Below, one piece after another: positions 50,560-63,329 of a stretch of 64,000 nucleotides of DNA (its first letter is position 1; each line of letters begins with the position of its first letter). The position numbers were made by a program, and so were the translations under genes. Where the stretch lies: NCBI RefSeq assembly GCF_006345805.1, contig NW_021836142.1:62001-126000 (forward strand). Reading direction: 5' to 3'. A model generated the notes under the pieces. The model was not told the origin of the DNA, did no database searches, and worked only from the letters and a program-made list of their open reading frames with translations. The DNA is from Octopus sinensis. Lineage: Eukaryota.

Positions 50560-50972
50560 CTCTTTACTCTTTATTCTTTTACTTGTTTCAGTCATTTGAC
50601 TGCAGCCATGCTGGAGCACCGCCTTTAATCGAGCAACTCAAACCCGGAACTTATTCTTTTGTAAGCCCAGTACTTATTCTATCGGTATCTTTTGCCGAAC
50701 TGCTAAGTAACGGGGACATAAACACACCAGCATTGGTTGTCAAGCAATGCTAGGGGGACAGCCACACAAACACACAAACACATATATATATATATATATA
50801 CATATATACGACGGGCTTCTTTCAGTTTCTGTCTACCAAATCCACTCACAAGGCTTTGGTCGGCCCGAGGCTATAGTAGAAGACACTTGCCCAAAGTGCC
50901 ACGCAGTGGGACTGAACCCGGAACCATGTGGTTGGTAAACAAGTTACTTACCACACAGCCACTCCTGCGCCT
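50560..50972 (-). mobile_element. Family C SINE, full length
   Basis: Reverse copy. Confidence 0.85.
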
Positions 50973-51497
50973 ATTCTGTGCTGTTTTAGTATATAACATC
51001 CTTAGAACTAAAATAAATTCAGCTATTTTTGAGGTCTACATCCTTCTTGATCAAACAGACCTATGATCAAAGCATTCCAAATGTGGCTATCAACACTTTT
51101 ATTTGTTCAGCTAAAGCATGTCTGAAACAACATTTCCCAATGTGGCCTTTGTTACTTTTTTTCTTTCAAAGAGTAGAATGTGATTGATATAAACAAGGTT
51201 TGGTTGCTATTTCAAGCACGCTAGACAACCATGTAGAGGCTTCGTTGTTTGTTCAGCATGCTATGTAGAGAGTTTCTTGGATTCAAAGAATTGTGTGGCC
51301 TATCTCTGAAAACACCTCTAATAGATTTGGCAAACAGACCACACAGTAATCCAATACAGAGAAGTGTAATGCAGAGTATCCAATCAATGAAAACCCTTGA
51401 TGAGGAGTATATAAGCCATAAAATGTTAGATGGTATGAAAGGTGAATATATTTATTTCACCTCTTCACATCCTTAGGATTATGGCTGCTTCACAGCT

Positions 51498-51709
51498 TTA
51501 CTCTTTTACTCTTTTACTTGTTTCAGTTATTTGACTATGGCCATGCTGGAGCACTGCCTTAAGTTGAGCAAATCGACCCCAGGGCTTATTCTTTGTAAGC
51601 CTAGTACTTATTCTATCATTCTCTTTTGTTGAACCGCTAAGTTAGAGGGATTTAAACACACCAACATCAGTTGTCAAGCGATGTTGGGGGGACAAATACA
51701 GACACACAA

Positions 51710-51759
<50 letters not shown>

Positions 51760-51920
51760 TCAACGGGCTTCTTTCAGTTTCCATCTATCAAATCCATTCA
51801 CAAGGCTTTTGTCGGCCCGAGGCTATAGTAGAAGACACTTGCCCAAGGTGCCACGCAGTGGGACTGAACCCGGAACCATGTGGTTCGTAAGCAAGTTACT
51901 TACCACACAGCCACTCCTAC
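51498..51920 (-). mobile_element. Family C SINE, full length
   Basis: Reverse copy. Confidence 0.85.
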
Positions 51921-52212
51921 ATAAAGTAATAATTTCAGTGTGGAGTAAAATTATGCTTGCATGTTTGCTCTGATATGCATGCTATGCATTAGCCAATACA
52001 ATTATATATTCAGAAACCAATGCAAATAAAGAAAGCTTGCTCATGAAATCACCAAAACATCATGTTTTCATCAAAGATTTAACTCTTAGAATATTGGGTA
52101 TTCCAGCAACCCTGCTTAAGAATTTTATTCATCAGATCACTATAGAACTGTAATATGATACTTAGTTTTTTTAATCCCACCCAGTAACTTGAAAAATATT
52201 TACGGAAAAATT

Positions 52213-52638
52213 CCTGTGCCAGTGGCACATAAAAGCACTCACTATACTCTCGGAGTAGATGGCATTAGGATGGGCATCCAGCCGTAGAAACTCTACCAGA
52301 TCAGATTAGAGCCTGGTGCAGCCATCTGGTTCACCATTCCTCAGTCAAATCGTCCAACCCATGCTAGCATGGAAAGTGGATGTTAAACGATGATGATGAT
52401 GAGAGAAAGTATTATTTCTTTATTGCCCACAAGGGGCTAAACACAGAGGGGACAAACAAGGACAGACAAACGGATTAAGTCAATTACATCGACCCCAGTG
52501 CGTAACTGGTACTTATTTAATTGACCCCGAAAGGATGAAAGGCAAAGTCGACCTCAGCGCAATTTGAACTCAGAACGTAGCGGCAGACGAAATATGGCTA
52601 CGAATTTCGCCCGGCGTGCTAACGTTTCTGCCAGCTCG
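52213..52638. mobile_element. RTE-type 3' end (+, 52213-52400) tail-to-tail with SINE family B (-, 52412-52638)
   Basis: Similarity to sibling copies. Confidence 0.8.
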
Positions 52639-55552
52639 GAGAGAAAGTATGTAGAACCAAGCTTTTCAGTAGATGTGTTATTTAGGTCAAGATGGAAATG
52701 TCATTTCATCAATAATTCTAAATATAAGCTATAAGTAGAGGAAGACAGATTGAGTTAATGAGAATTCTAAAGGAAAATAACCAATAAATTATTCACTAAG
52801 GAAGATATTCTATTTTTAAAAAAACTTATTTTTCATAAAAGTATGAATATTTAAAAATTAAAATTAATTCGAATATGATTAAAATAAATGAATATGAAAA
52901 ATATTAAAAATAAAATAATAAAAATAAAATTGAAAATAATCAAAAATTAATTAAACAACCTAATTACAGGATTTAAAAAAATTAAATAACAATAACAAGA
53001 GCAATAATAATAATAATAACAACAACAATAATGATGACAACAACAACAACAATAACAATCTTTCCAACTCCACCAGTCCCAAAGTTCCCACTTTCTCTTT
53101 TCTATGTAGCTCTTCTCCAGCAAGAAATCTATTCTGTTCTGGATCCTTCTTTCATACTTCAACTCCTCACCACCAAGCATAAAGCCACTGTTCTCTCCTG
53201 TGTAACCCCACTCAGTGATCTTAGTCTTGCAAGTTGCATGGCAACCCCACTAGTGCTGGTGCCACAAAAAATCAGCCAGAACGCCCTGAAACTGTGCCAA
53301 AGCTGATATTGTGTATGTAGATGGGTAAACAATTGTTGGCTGATACAAACTCATAGATAAGGGGTAACTTCCAGAATGACACATTTCAGGAAAAGAAGAA
53401 CTAGGTGAAATATTTATCTAACAAAGACATTAGAAGTAATAAAAGGAGAATAATTCAGTGTTGTAAATAATTTTATATAGAACTAGCATAGAATTAAAAG
53501 TCTTAATGAGAAGATACCTTTTTTAAAAGAGACAAGAACATGATTTTTTGAAAAGTCTGATGTTTTCAAAAATTATCTACCTACTTTCTTTCTTATGGTA
53601 GTTAATCTATGATTTGTTATACATTTTGTATAGCTACACAATAAAATGACATTTGTATGTGGTGCCTTGAAATAACAAAGTCTAGTGTTAGTAAGTACAG
53701 AATATAATCTAAAGCATTGCAGATTTTGAGGCATCTCAGGAGAGTGATTATGCCAATAATAAAAACATGCATACAATGGTTCTAGTTTGCCTCTTTTATT
53801 ATTATTTGCCAATTAGTTAACATTTAACCAATTCACATTACTAATTGATTGTTTGATTTGTAACAATTCAATTGATCCCACGTTTTACCACACAGAAATG
53901 ATAAATTGACCACGTGTGCAAACCCAATTGTTCTCCAATCAATGGTTGTTGTTCACATGATAGTTCGATGGCAAGACTAGAACCTCCCATGAACACAGCT
54001 TACAAATACATCTCAATTGAGTGCCAAAGCTCCAGAGTGATTGGGCTCCTAATGGTGTTCACTTGCCACACATAGCTATTTTCACAGCTACATATTCAAC
54101 CTGGAATGATCAAAGATACACTGTGGCAACAAGAATATCTATTTATGTGTAAAAATTATCCCAAGTGTAGAATTTCTGATTAAGTCTTTCAGCACTTGTC
54201 ATATACATTGTTTCATCTGAATATTCCTTTTCTTGTATTGCATGAACAACTTCTATATTAATGTAACAATAAATCATTTTTGTAAACATTAGGCATCCTT
54301 CTGATCCTTGCAACAGAATAATCTTTAGTCAATCAAACTTGGTTTGTCAAAAATCAGTCAAGAGCAACCTGCAGCCAATAGGCCTCATGCAGCCTGTGAG
54401 ACTTTCTGAATGACATTCCTAATGAAAAATTACCTTGAATTTCGTTAGTAGTGTGACCCACCTGATGATGAGCCATGTCTCATGTGGCCTTCTTCTTGTA
54501 AAAGTTTGCCCATGTCCTTTTGTTGCCAGCCACAACCTCATCAATGAGAAGCATTCTCTATTCCAGGTCTGCTTCAGGTCTGTCTATTTTTCAAGTTATA
54601 ATAGAAATAATATAATCTAAATAAAATATATTAAATGCTAGATCTTTTCTGAGCCATAAAAAAAAAAAGAATTACATTAAAATTTGGAAAAGGATACAAA
54701 TCATTGTGATCTAAAATCTTTGATAGCCCATTGGGCATATTTACATTTTAATGCTTAATTGCAGAAACTAAAATGGTGTAAATACTTATTTTTAGCTGTG
54801 TACAAGACATTGACAGGATTAGGGTTTAGAGTATTTTTGCCTTATTTTTTAATATATACTTTACCAAGCTAGTATAGAGTTTTTGTTTTGTTTTTTGTTG
54901 CAGCAATTATTTTTTACAGTTGACTGGTTTTTGTAAGCACACAAGCATGAAAAAAGAAGCTGAGCCTAATATCAATCAACCAAACTAAACAAAGGTTCAT
55001 AAATATTTATGAAAATTTTCTTCAAGCTAAGCAAAACAGAAAAACTAGACACACAATTGCTCAGAGTAATTGCAAATATAATTACTCTGTAATTACTAAA
55101 CTGCTTGTGACATGACAATTTAGAATGGAAAACAAAACAAAAAGCAATACAAAATACATTGCAAACCCAGGTAGATGAAGAAATAATTAGTAATATGATT
55201 ACGATCCTTAGGAATATAGAAAACATGAAAAACTACCCTGCATTAGGGGTAATACTTGAAGGGAAAGAACAGTTAATAATATTAACATGTCATATGTTTG
55301 AATATGTGTCTATGTGACTGTTTCAGATACTGGCTCTCCTTTCAGTAGAAAACAGGATTAGCTTGTCTATCTATTTATCTCATTTTCTCTCTTACTCCTC
55401 TTTCTCTCTATATATATATATATGTATTGCACATGTCTGTGTCTGTGTGTGCATGCATGCATGCGTGTGTGTGTGTGTCTGCATGTGTACATTGATATAT
55501 AAATGTATATGAATATATATATGGACACACACACACACACACATATATATAT

Positions 55553-56757
55553 ATGAACATCAATGGAATCTGTATCTTTGTGGTACCAGTGCCGGTGGCA
55601 CACACTTTGTGGTACCAGTGCCGGTGGCACACATGAGAACCATCCGAACGTGGCCGTAGCCAGTTCCGCATCGACCGGCCTCCGTGCTGTGGGCACGTAA
55701 CAAACACCATCCGATCATGGCCGTTCGCCAGCCTCATCTGGCACCTGTGTCAGTGGCACATAAAAAACACCTTCCGAAGACCCGGCAAGACTAGTCAGTC
55801 CACCTGTGCATACCTTCCTTCCTTCTTGTGACACTTGTGAAGACCGGTTGAGGCAAGTGAAAATCAAATCAAAATAGACAAAATAGATGAACATCAATGG
55901 AATTTGTATCTTGTGGTACCAGTGCCTGTGGCACACAAGAAATCCATCAGTGCCGTAGTCAGTGCGGTGGGCACATGACAAACACCATCTGATCGTGGCC
56001 GTTCGCCAGCCTCATCTAGCACCTGTGTCGGTGGCACATAAAAACACCATCCGAAGACCCGGCAAGACTAGTCAGGCCATAACCCATGGCCCCTACCTGG
56101 GACGTAGTCAGTCCACCTGTGCATACCTTCCTTCTTGTGACACTTGTGAAGACCTGTTGAGGCAAGTGAAAATCAAATCAAATCAAAACAAATCAAAATA
56201 GATGAACATCAATGGAATTTGTATCTTTGTGGTACCAGTGCCGGTGGCACGTGGCACATAAGAAAACCATCCGAACGTGGCCGTAGCCAGTACCGCATCG
56301 ACTGGCCTCCGTGCTGTGGGCACGTAACAAGCACCATCCGATCGTGGCCGTTTGCCAGCCTCATCTGGCACCTGTGTCGGTGGCACATAAAAACACCATC
56401 CGAGCATGGCCATCTGCCAGCCTCGTCTGGCACCTGTGTCGGTGGCACATAAAAAACACCATCCGAGCGTGGCCGTCTGCCAGCCTCGTCTGGCACCTGT
56501 GTCGGTGGCACATAAAAAAACACCATCCGAGCGTGGCCGTTTGTCAGCCTCGTCTGGCACCTGTGTCGGTGGCACATAAAATCACCCACTACACTCTCGG
56601 AGTGGTTGGCGTTAGGAAGGGCATCCAGCTGTAGAAACACTGCCAGATCTGACTGGACTGGTGCAGCTTTCGGGCTCCCCAGACCCCAGTTGAACCGTCC
56701 AACCCATGCTAGCATGGAAAGCGGACGTTAAATGATGATGATGATGATGATGATGAT
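55553..56757 (+). mobile_element. RTE 3' UTR with a ~330-bp segment present three times and an expanded ~58-bp subrepeat
   Basis: ATGAACATCAATGGAAT at 55553, 55887 and ~56202; four to five near-identical 58-bp units at 56330-56590; (TGA)n tail. Confidence 0.85.
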
Positions 56758-56989
56758 ATATATATATAGTAATTAAGGGTTTAGCAACGATTTGCCTCAA
56801 CACACACCGAATTTAGAAATAGCAGTCAAAATGTTTTGGCTATTCTTTCTACTTAAAAGGGAGATCCCAGTAAAACCAAAGCACATGCCAAACTCTACTT
56901 GGTGAAATTAATGATTATTTCTAAATTAATTAATTTCACCCTTTATTATTGATATATATATATATATATATCATCATCAACATTATCAT

Positions 56990-58130
56990 CTTCATCATCA
57001 TCATTTAACACCCCCTTTCCATGCTGACATGGGTTGGACAGTTTGACTGAAAACTGGTAAACCAGGGGAGCTGCACCAGGTTCCAATCTGATTTGACAAG
57101 GCTTCTATGACTGGGTGCTCTTCCTAATGCCAACCACTCTAAGTGTGTAGTGGGTGCTTTTTACATGCCACCAACACAAGCGCCAATGACCTGACATCAG
57201 CATCAGCCATGACTACAATCTCACTTGTCTTGACAGGTCTACACAAGCACAGTATATCACCAAAAGCCCAATCTCCATGAGGCGCAATGATTGAAGGGTG
57301 CTTTCAGCAGGCCAATTATGCAACACTAGCATCAGCCACAACTACAATCTCACATGGCTTGACATCACTGCCTCAATGAGGCCCAACGCTCAAATGGTGC
57401 TTTTTACATACCACTGGCATGGGTGTCAGTCACATGGCACTGGCGTCAGCCACAACTATGATTCTACTCAGTTCGACAGGTCTTCACAAGCACAGCATTT
57501 TGCCCAACAATTGAAGAGTGCATTGGGCATGACTATGATCTTACTTGGTTTGACGGGTCTTCTCAAGCACAGCATATCTTCAATGGTCTCAGTTGTGGAG
57601 GCACATGGCCTAGTGGTTAGAGTAGCGGACTCACAATTGAGGGATTGTGGGTTCAAATCTGAGACCGGGCAAAGCGTGTGTTTATGAGTGAAACACCTAA
57701 GCTCCATGCGGCTCTGGCAGAAGGTAATGGCGAACTTCTGCTGACACTTTCGCCACAACTTTCTCTCACTCTTTCCTCCTGCATCTTGCAGCTCACCTGC
57801 GATGGACCGGCGTCCCATCCAGGTGGGGAACCTATATGCCAAGGAAACCAGGAAACCGGCCCTTATGAGCCAGGCGTGGCTCGAGAAGGAACAAAGCTCT
57901 CAGTTGCTTGTTATTGCCTCTGTGGGGCCCAACATTCGAAGATGGTGCTTTATCAGCTCGTCCCATGTGTAACTCTTTCCCAGATTCCCTCCACCATTAG
58001 AGTGCAACACTTCTTCACACAGCTGTCCTCATCCATACAGATCACATGACCATACCAGGGCAGTTATCTCTCTTGTACAACACACCTGATGCTTCTTATG
58101 TCCAACTTTTCTCTCAGGGTGCTGAGATGA
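56990..58130 (-). pseudogene. RTE LINE 3' portion (ORF C-terminus plus UTR), interrupted by a SINE
   Basis: STLREKLDIRSIRCVVQER..PWYGHVICMDEDSCVKKC; UTR and (CAT)n tail at 56990. Confidence 0.8.
57595..57895 (+). mobile_element. tRNA-derived SINE family D (V-domain-like motif) with ~9-bp TSD
   Basis: A-box TGGCCTAGTGG, B-box GGTTCAAATC, GCGATGGACCGGCGTCCCATCCAGG motif; TCTCAGTTG on both sides. Confidence 0.8.
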
Positions 58131-58249
58131 GGGGGGGCAAGAGAAAGAGAGACAAAAAGACAGTGAGTGTGTATGTGTATGTTCAAAAATATGTATAAGC
58201 ACTTCATTAATATATTACTTAATTTTCATTTCTTCTAAAATTGTCAGTT

Positions 58250-59130
58250 TAGGAGGGAGTTTTAAATAGATTCATCAATGCAATTTGCCATTACGGGAAT
58301 TAGCTGATGGAGCTGTTCAAATGATCACAAGAAACTTTCCAGGAGACCACAGACATTGACCATACAAGCAAAGGTGGCAGAAGTGTATTGCTAGAGTTCA
58401 AGAAAATCTGTGCTGTAAGTGAGCCTTGAGATAGAAACTTCAAGATCAAGCATTCACTGTATTTTGAAGCATTGTAATTGGAAAAATTACATTCCAAGAA
58501 TAGTTCATGCTCTGAATGAAGATGATCTGGACTAAAGCATGGAGTTTTGTAAATAGTACTTTTCAAAGATGTGTAAAAAATGCACTCTTTCCAGCAAAGA
58601 ATCTTTGGAACAATGAGGACACATTTAAATAAAATGACCCAATCAATTGACAAAATTGCACTTGCTTTGGGCCAAAGAATCTGCATATTAAAGAGGAAAA
58701 TATCATCTTGATTTATCAAGTGCTACAGTATGGTGCAACTTATGAAAAGCATTAATTTGACTCTTCTTAGTCGATGGTAGTATGATTGGTCCCATTTATT
58801 TGAACTAGCTGTGGAAATCTGTTATGCCAATGATTGAAGAGGACAATGAAGGCATGAAGTTTTATTTCAGCAAGTTGGAGCACCTGAATATAACTTTAGT
58901 AATATAAGTTCTTACATTGATGAGATTCTTTCAAACAGGTAGATTGGATGAAGAATTTCTTTAGAATACTCTCCACATTCACTGAATCTAACACCACAAG
59001 ACATTTTTAAGGGAATACTTAAGAGATAAAGTTTATGGTGAGCAGGATGTTTTCCAGCTGGATAGCAGAATTTTGTTGACATACATACATCTTGTAAAAA
59101 TTTCTAACATAGATTTTAGAAATTTGGAAC
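58250..59130 (+). pseudogene. Highly degraded IS630/Tc1/mariner DDxD transposase (maT/rosa-like)
   Basis: Fragments ..HALNEDDLD*SMEFC.., F/QQVGAPEY (FQQDGAPxH), NR*IG*R..EYSPHSLNLTPQD (WIGR..WPPRSPDL), LRDKVY; many stops. Confidence 0.6.
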
Positions 59131-59436
59131 AGTTTTTCAATTTAATAAGGATGTGTGTTCTTTAAGCTGTACAGAGCTTGCACTTTTTTGATTACTTAAT
59201 TGATGGCCTAAATCTCTGTATGATAATCTACTGGACCAACCTTCTAATTTCAAGGTCAGAAACCTTTGCAAAACTTCTTTTATCAAATCTTTTATGAAAA
59301 TAGAAGATACCCTCCACATCAGATGGTGTGTGTGTGTGTGTATTTTCTGAATGCCAAATAGTTTGAAAACTTAAAAACATCTAATCATTATACCGAAGTA
59401 CCTGTATTTGGACAAAATATATAGTCTTGCTATATA

Positions 59437-59662
59437 AGGGTGGCGAGCTGGCAGAATCGTTCACACGCTGGGGGAAATGAAAAGTGGTATTTCATCTGCC
59501 GTTATGTTCTGATTTCAAATTCCGCTAAGGTCGACTTTGCCTTTCATCCTTTCGGGGTCGATTAAATAAGTACCAATGTTATGCACTGGGGTCGACTTAA
59601 TCACTTTGTCTGTCCTTGTTTGTCCCCTCTATGTTTAACCCTGTGTGGGCAATAAAGAAATC
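59437..59662 (+). mobile_element. SINE family B
   Basis: Near-complete copy. Confidence 0.85.
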
Positions 59663-60087
59663 TATATATAGTCTTGCTATGGAATAAAACGGGGAGTTAC
59701 ACTTCAAATTTTGGGCAAAATGACCTAGGCAGTGATGTATCAGCTCCTAATTCATTCACATTTGTTTCAAATATAAATATACTTCAGGATAAGGTATGGC
59801 TATGATTTCATACTGCAAGAAAAGAAAAAAATTTAAAAAATAGATAAATATATGATTTAGCTTACCCACTTCTAAGCTAAGCTATTCAGCATTTTCTATA
59901 TGATTATAGGACTGCAATCTCCGGAGTGTCCTGATAAGCGAAAATTAGAGATATTTACCAATGAAGAAATTTATATTTCTGATAAGTATATCACTCTGTT
60001 CAAACATTTATATAGATATTCCTTATTCATTTTACTGTATTGCTGAATGTCTTATATATATAAGACCTTTTCGAATTTATTAGGAAA

Positions 60088-61983
60088 ATGAAATTCCGCA
60101 AATATAGCAACCAATTACAAAGAAATATGAAAGAAAAAATTAAGGAGATTAACAACTCGAATAAGATCTTCGTTAATTCTGATAAGACAAGGAACTTATA
60201 TGCACTTGATAAGGACGTTTATAAACGCCTGATTTCGAATAGTGTCACAGACACATACAAAAAAGATAACACAAATATATACAAAGAAGTGAAGTTGGAA
60301 GCAAGAGGAATAGCTAACAAGCTTAAGGTTAGTGATAGGATTGAATATCTTTCCCCACGACCAGCTTTTATTACACTAAAAGACCATAAAGCCAATTTTA
60401 ATAGAAACCCTAAATGTAGATTGATAAACCCAGCTAAAACTGAAATAGGCATTATTAGCAAAAATATTTTGGACCGTATTTTAACTAAGTTAGATAGTGA
60501 AGTAAACTTGAGAATTTGGAAGAATAGTAAGTCAGTCATAGAGTGGTTTAAAGGTATTAGCTATAAGAATAATTGCAGTTTTACACAATTCGATATTATT
60601 GATTTTTACCCGTCAATATCTAGGACGTTACTCCTAAGGGCATTAGACTTCGCCAAGCAGTATGTCGACATCGATAGCTCGGAAATTGATATTATTATTA
60701 GGCATGCGAGGAAATCACTTCTTTTTTTCGAGGATTCCACCTGGATCAAGAAGAGTGAGGATTCTCTTTTGGATGTACCGATGGGGGCATACGACGGGGC
60801 TGAGTTATGTATGCTCGTAGGAGCCTGTATTCTTCATAATCTAAAAATAGAATTCCCATTTATAGATGCAGGTTTATATAGGGATGACGGCCTTATAGCC
60901 ACCCATAATTTAAACGGCCATGAATCAGATAGACTTAGAAAGGACTTTATTGCTTTCTTCCAAAGGATGGGCTTACGGGTTACAATAGACACTAACCTGA
61001 ATAGTGTAGATTTTTTAGACGTAAATTTTAATGTAAGGTCGGATAGATTTAAACCTTTCTGTAAGCCCAACGAAAAGCTATCGTACATTAGCAAAGATTC
61101 GAACCATCCGCCAGTTATCCTTAGGAACTTAGTCAGCAATGTAGGTAGAAGAATATCTTCAATTTCTTCGGACGAAGCAGCATTCCATAATGCTGCGCCT
61201 TATTACGATAGCGCATTAAGGAATAGTGGATTCTCGGAGAAGATCCAGTACAACCAGCCTAATGCTGATAATAATACCGCGCGAAGAACTAGGAACAGGA
61301 AAGTTTTGTGGTTCAACCCGGCTTTCAATTTGGCCGTAAAGACTAATATAGGTAAGGAATTTTTGAAATTAATCTCTAAGCATTTTAAGCAGGACCATAC
61401 ATTCTATAGGATATTTAATAGAAGAACCCTGAAGGTTAGCTATTCTTGTTGTAGAAATTTCGCGTCTTACATTAGCCAGCATAATAGGAATCTGATTGAG
61501 ATTAAACATGGTGCCGAGCCCATTAAGAAATGCAATTTCAAAAATGAATCCTCCTGCCCGTTAGAAGGGAAATGTCTATTAAAAGGAGTAGTTTACAGAG
61601 CGAAGGTACAAATAGAAGGCTCATCGGAATACAAGACATATACAGGGGCTTCAGAAAACTCGTTTAAAACGCGATTTTATTCTCATAAAAATTCATTTAG
61701 ATACCCAGAAAATAGGAAGAGGACCAGCCTAGCAAAATATGTCTGGGAACTGAAAGAAAAGGAAACCCCACCTTTCAATGTGACATGGAACATTCTGGAC
61801 AGAGCGGCACCATACAGGCATGGAGCACACAAAAATAATTTCAAATGCAACCTTTGCCTGTTAGAAAAATTCTACATCTTATTCAAAGACAATAATTCTT
61901 TGAATCAAAGAAGTGAGCTGATGAACTTATGCAGGCACGTAGCCAAATTTAAAATGTCAAGCATAAATATACCATATGGATAG
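60088..61983 (+). CDS. Penelope-like RT plus C-terminal GIY-YIG endonuclease (631 aa; the Met is probably internal)
   Basis: RT motifs AFITLKDHK, CRLINP, FDIIDFYPSI, VPMGAYDGAE, LYRDDG, VDFLDV; linker VLWFNPAF, LKVSYSC; EN region CNFKNESSCPLEGKC, GVVYRAKV..TYTG..FKTRFYSH, CNLCLLEK, LNQRSE..CRH. No stops or frameshifts. Confidence 0.95.
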   Translation: MKFRKYSNQLQRNMKEKIKEINNSNKIFVNSDKTRNLYALDKDVYKRLISNSVTDTYKKDNTNIYKEVKLEARGIANKLKVSDRIEYLSPRPAFITLKDHKANFNRNPKCRLINPAKTEIGIISKNILDRILTKLDSEVNLRIWKNSKSVIEWFKGISYKNNCSFTQFDIIDFYPSISRTLLLRALDFAKQYVDIDSSEIDIIIRHARKSLLFFEDSTWIKKSEDSLLDVPMGAYDGAELCMLVGACILHNLKIEFPFIDAGLYRDDGLIATHNLNGHESDRLRKDFIAFFQRMGLRVTIDTNLNSVDFLDVNFNVRSDRFKPFCKPNEKLSYISKDSNHPPVILRNLVSNVGRRISSISSDEAAFHNAAPYYDSALRNSGFSEKIQYNQPNADNNTARRTRNRKVLWFNPAFNLAVKTNIGKEFLKLISKHFKQDHTFYRIFNRRTLKVSYSCCRNFASYISQHNRNLIEIKHGAEPIKKCNFKNESSCPLEGKCLLKGVVYRAKVQIEGSSEYKTYTGASENSFKTRFYSHKNSFRYPENRKRTSLAKYVWELKEKETPPFNVTWNILDRAAPYRHGAHKNNFKCNLCLLEKFYILFKDNNSLNQRSELMNLCRHVAKFKMSSINIPYG

Positions 61984-63106
61984 AGTATATATTTTGTATT
62001 TTTGATTTTGATTCTTGGACTAGTATGTAAATGCAACGATGGATTTGTTTCGCGCTATGCAGATTCCATTCCGTATAGCAAAGCCTCATGCATATATTTT
62101 GTTTATATTTCTACATATTTATTAGGAAAAACCTTCGACTTTGTGTTATTATATTGTATAGGCTTACTTTGATTTTAAGTTATAGATGATCCGAAATAGG
62201 GGGATACATTTTACATATCTCTCATATAATTTTCATTATTACACTCACCTTTTTTTAAAAGCAATGTTGTCAAAAATTAGAATTGTGTTGTAGGTGTGTG
62301 TATGGCCACGGGTATGTGTTCTTGAGAGTGCGTATGTGTGAGTGAGCGTATGTGTGAGTGTATGTGTGAATGAGCGTATGTTTGTGCTTGGACACACACA
62401 AACACGAGTGTATGTGTATGTATCCACTGGAACTTGCGTGTTTGTGCACTGGCATCTCTATATATGTGTCAATGTACGAGGTTGCACGGCTTGTATACAT
62501 AGTCTTTCTTTTTTTCCTATTCCGTTTTTCTCCTCAACCCTCCTTTTTCTTTTTTCTTTTCTTTTTTTCCTCCCCCTTTTCCTTTTTCTCTCTCTTCATT
62601 TCTTTCGTTTTTTTCTCTAACTATACGATACATGTATAAAGTCAGCAGGCAGCTTCACGCTCCCCTCGCTCATTCATGCCCTAAGCTTCGTAAATACGGA
62701 AGATACTTAACCTACTATGATTTTAGCTTGCGTGCGAGCTAGATTGCGTATACATATGTATACATGCACCTGCGTGTATATTTTAGCTTTATATTTATAC
62801 GTCTGGATATGTATGGGGTTCGCACGCATCTATTCTGTGTATGTTGATATACATGTATACTTTAATATGAATATGTATTGCTGTGTTATATTTTTAATAC
62901 ATATTTTTAATGCATTTCAATTCCCATGTATTAATTATATTTCCATCATTAAGGTCAATATGTATTTTATTCAATGTAAGGTTTTTCCTCGAATTTTATA
63001 ATTTTGTATATATTTTTTTATAAATTTTTCTATATTTTCTATATTTTTTAATATATTTATTATATATTTTTTTATATATTTTATATTTTTTATATTTTTT
63101 ATATTT

Positions 63107-63139
<33 letters not shown>

Positions 63140-63172
63140 TTTTGAACTCATCTATGTTTATCGCTCGAAAAT

Positions 63173-63276
63173 TGGCCGTTATTTCTAAAGGGCCAATCAA
63201 ACAAGTCCATTTTTTAAAGGTGTATGGCCGTTATTTCTAAAGGGCCAATCGAACAAATCCATTTTTTAAAGGTGTA
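63173..63276. repeat. 2 x 52-bp tandem duplication
   Basis: TGGCCGTTATTTCTAAAGGGCCAATC..AAAGGTGTA at 63173 and 63225, 2 mismatches. Confidence 0.95.
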
Positions 63277-63329
63277 GCGTTTGTAATAGTCTGAATAGAA
63301 TTCACATATCGGTTCCATTCTAGCAAAAA

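Noticed and set aside
51249-51476. Plus-strand ORF with plausible splice sites (MLCREFLGFKELCG..)
   Set aside because: It abuts and appears continuous with a decayed minus-strand repeat 3' end (51030-51260) that has relatives at ~46750-46930 and ~11480-11610. It is more likely antisense to old LINE debris.
54462-54500. CTGATGA followed by hairpin TGAG/CTCA
   Set aside because: There is no GAAA after the hairpin and no stems I or III; chance match.
53880-54620. Non-repetitive-looking block that might be a long exon or LTR-element remnant
   Set aside because: The frames I translated are interrupted by stops and show no recognisable motifs; left unassigned.
56222-56590. CRISPR-like regularly spaced repeats (GGTGGCACATAAAAA..)
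   Set aside because: The intervening sequences are homologous to each other, so this is a minisatellite in a LINE 3' UTR. The context is eukaryotic and there are no cas genes.
60219-61139. Antisense ORFs 60219-60539 and 60834-61139
   Set aside because: They are shadow frames of the PLE ORF with no motifs.
61984-62100. SECIS element / selenoprotein coding by the Naiad-like ORF (reported for some Naiads)
   Set aside because: The retained ORF has no in-frame TGA and ends in TAG. The hairpin at 62054-62079 lacks the AUGA/GA quartet. The missing 5' part cannot be assessed.
62183-62207. HHR-like string TAGATGA-TCC-GAAATA-GG-GGATAC
   Set aside because: Both core halves deviate (UAGAUGA, GAUA) and no convincing stem I or III is found.
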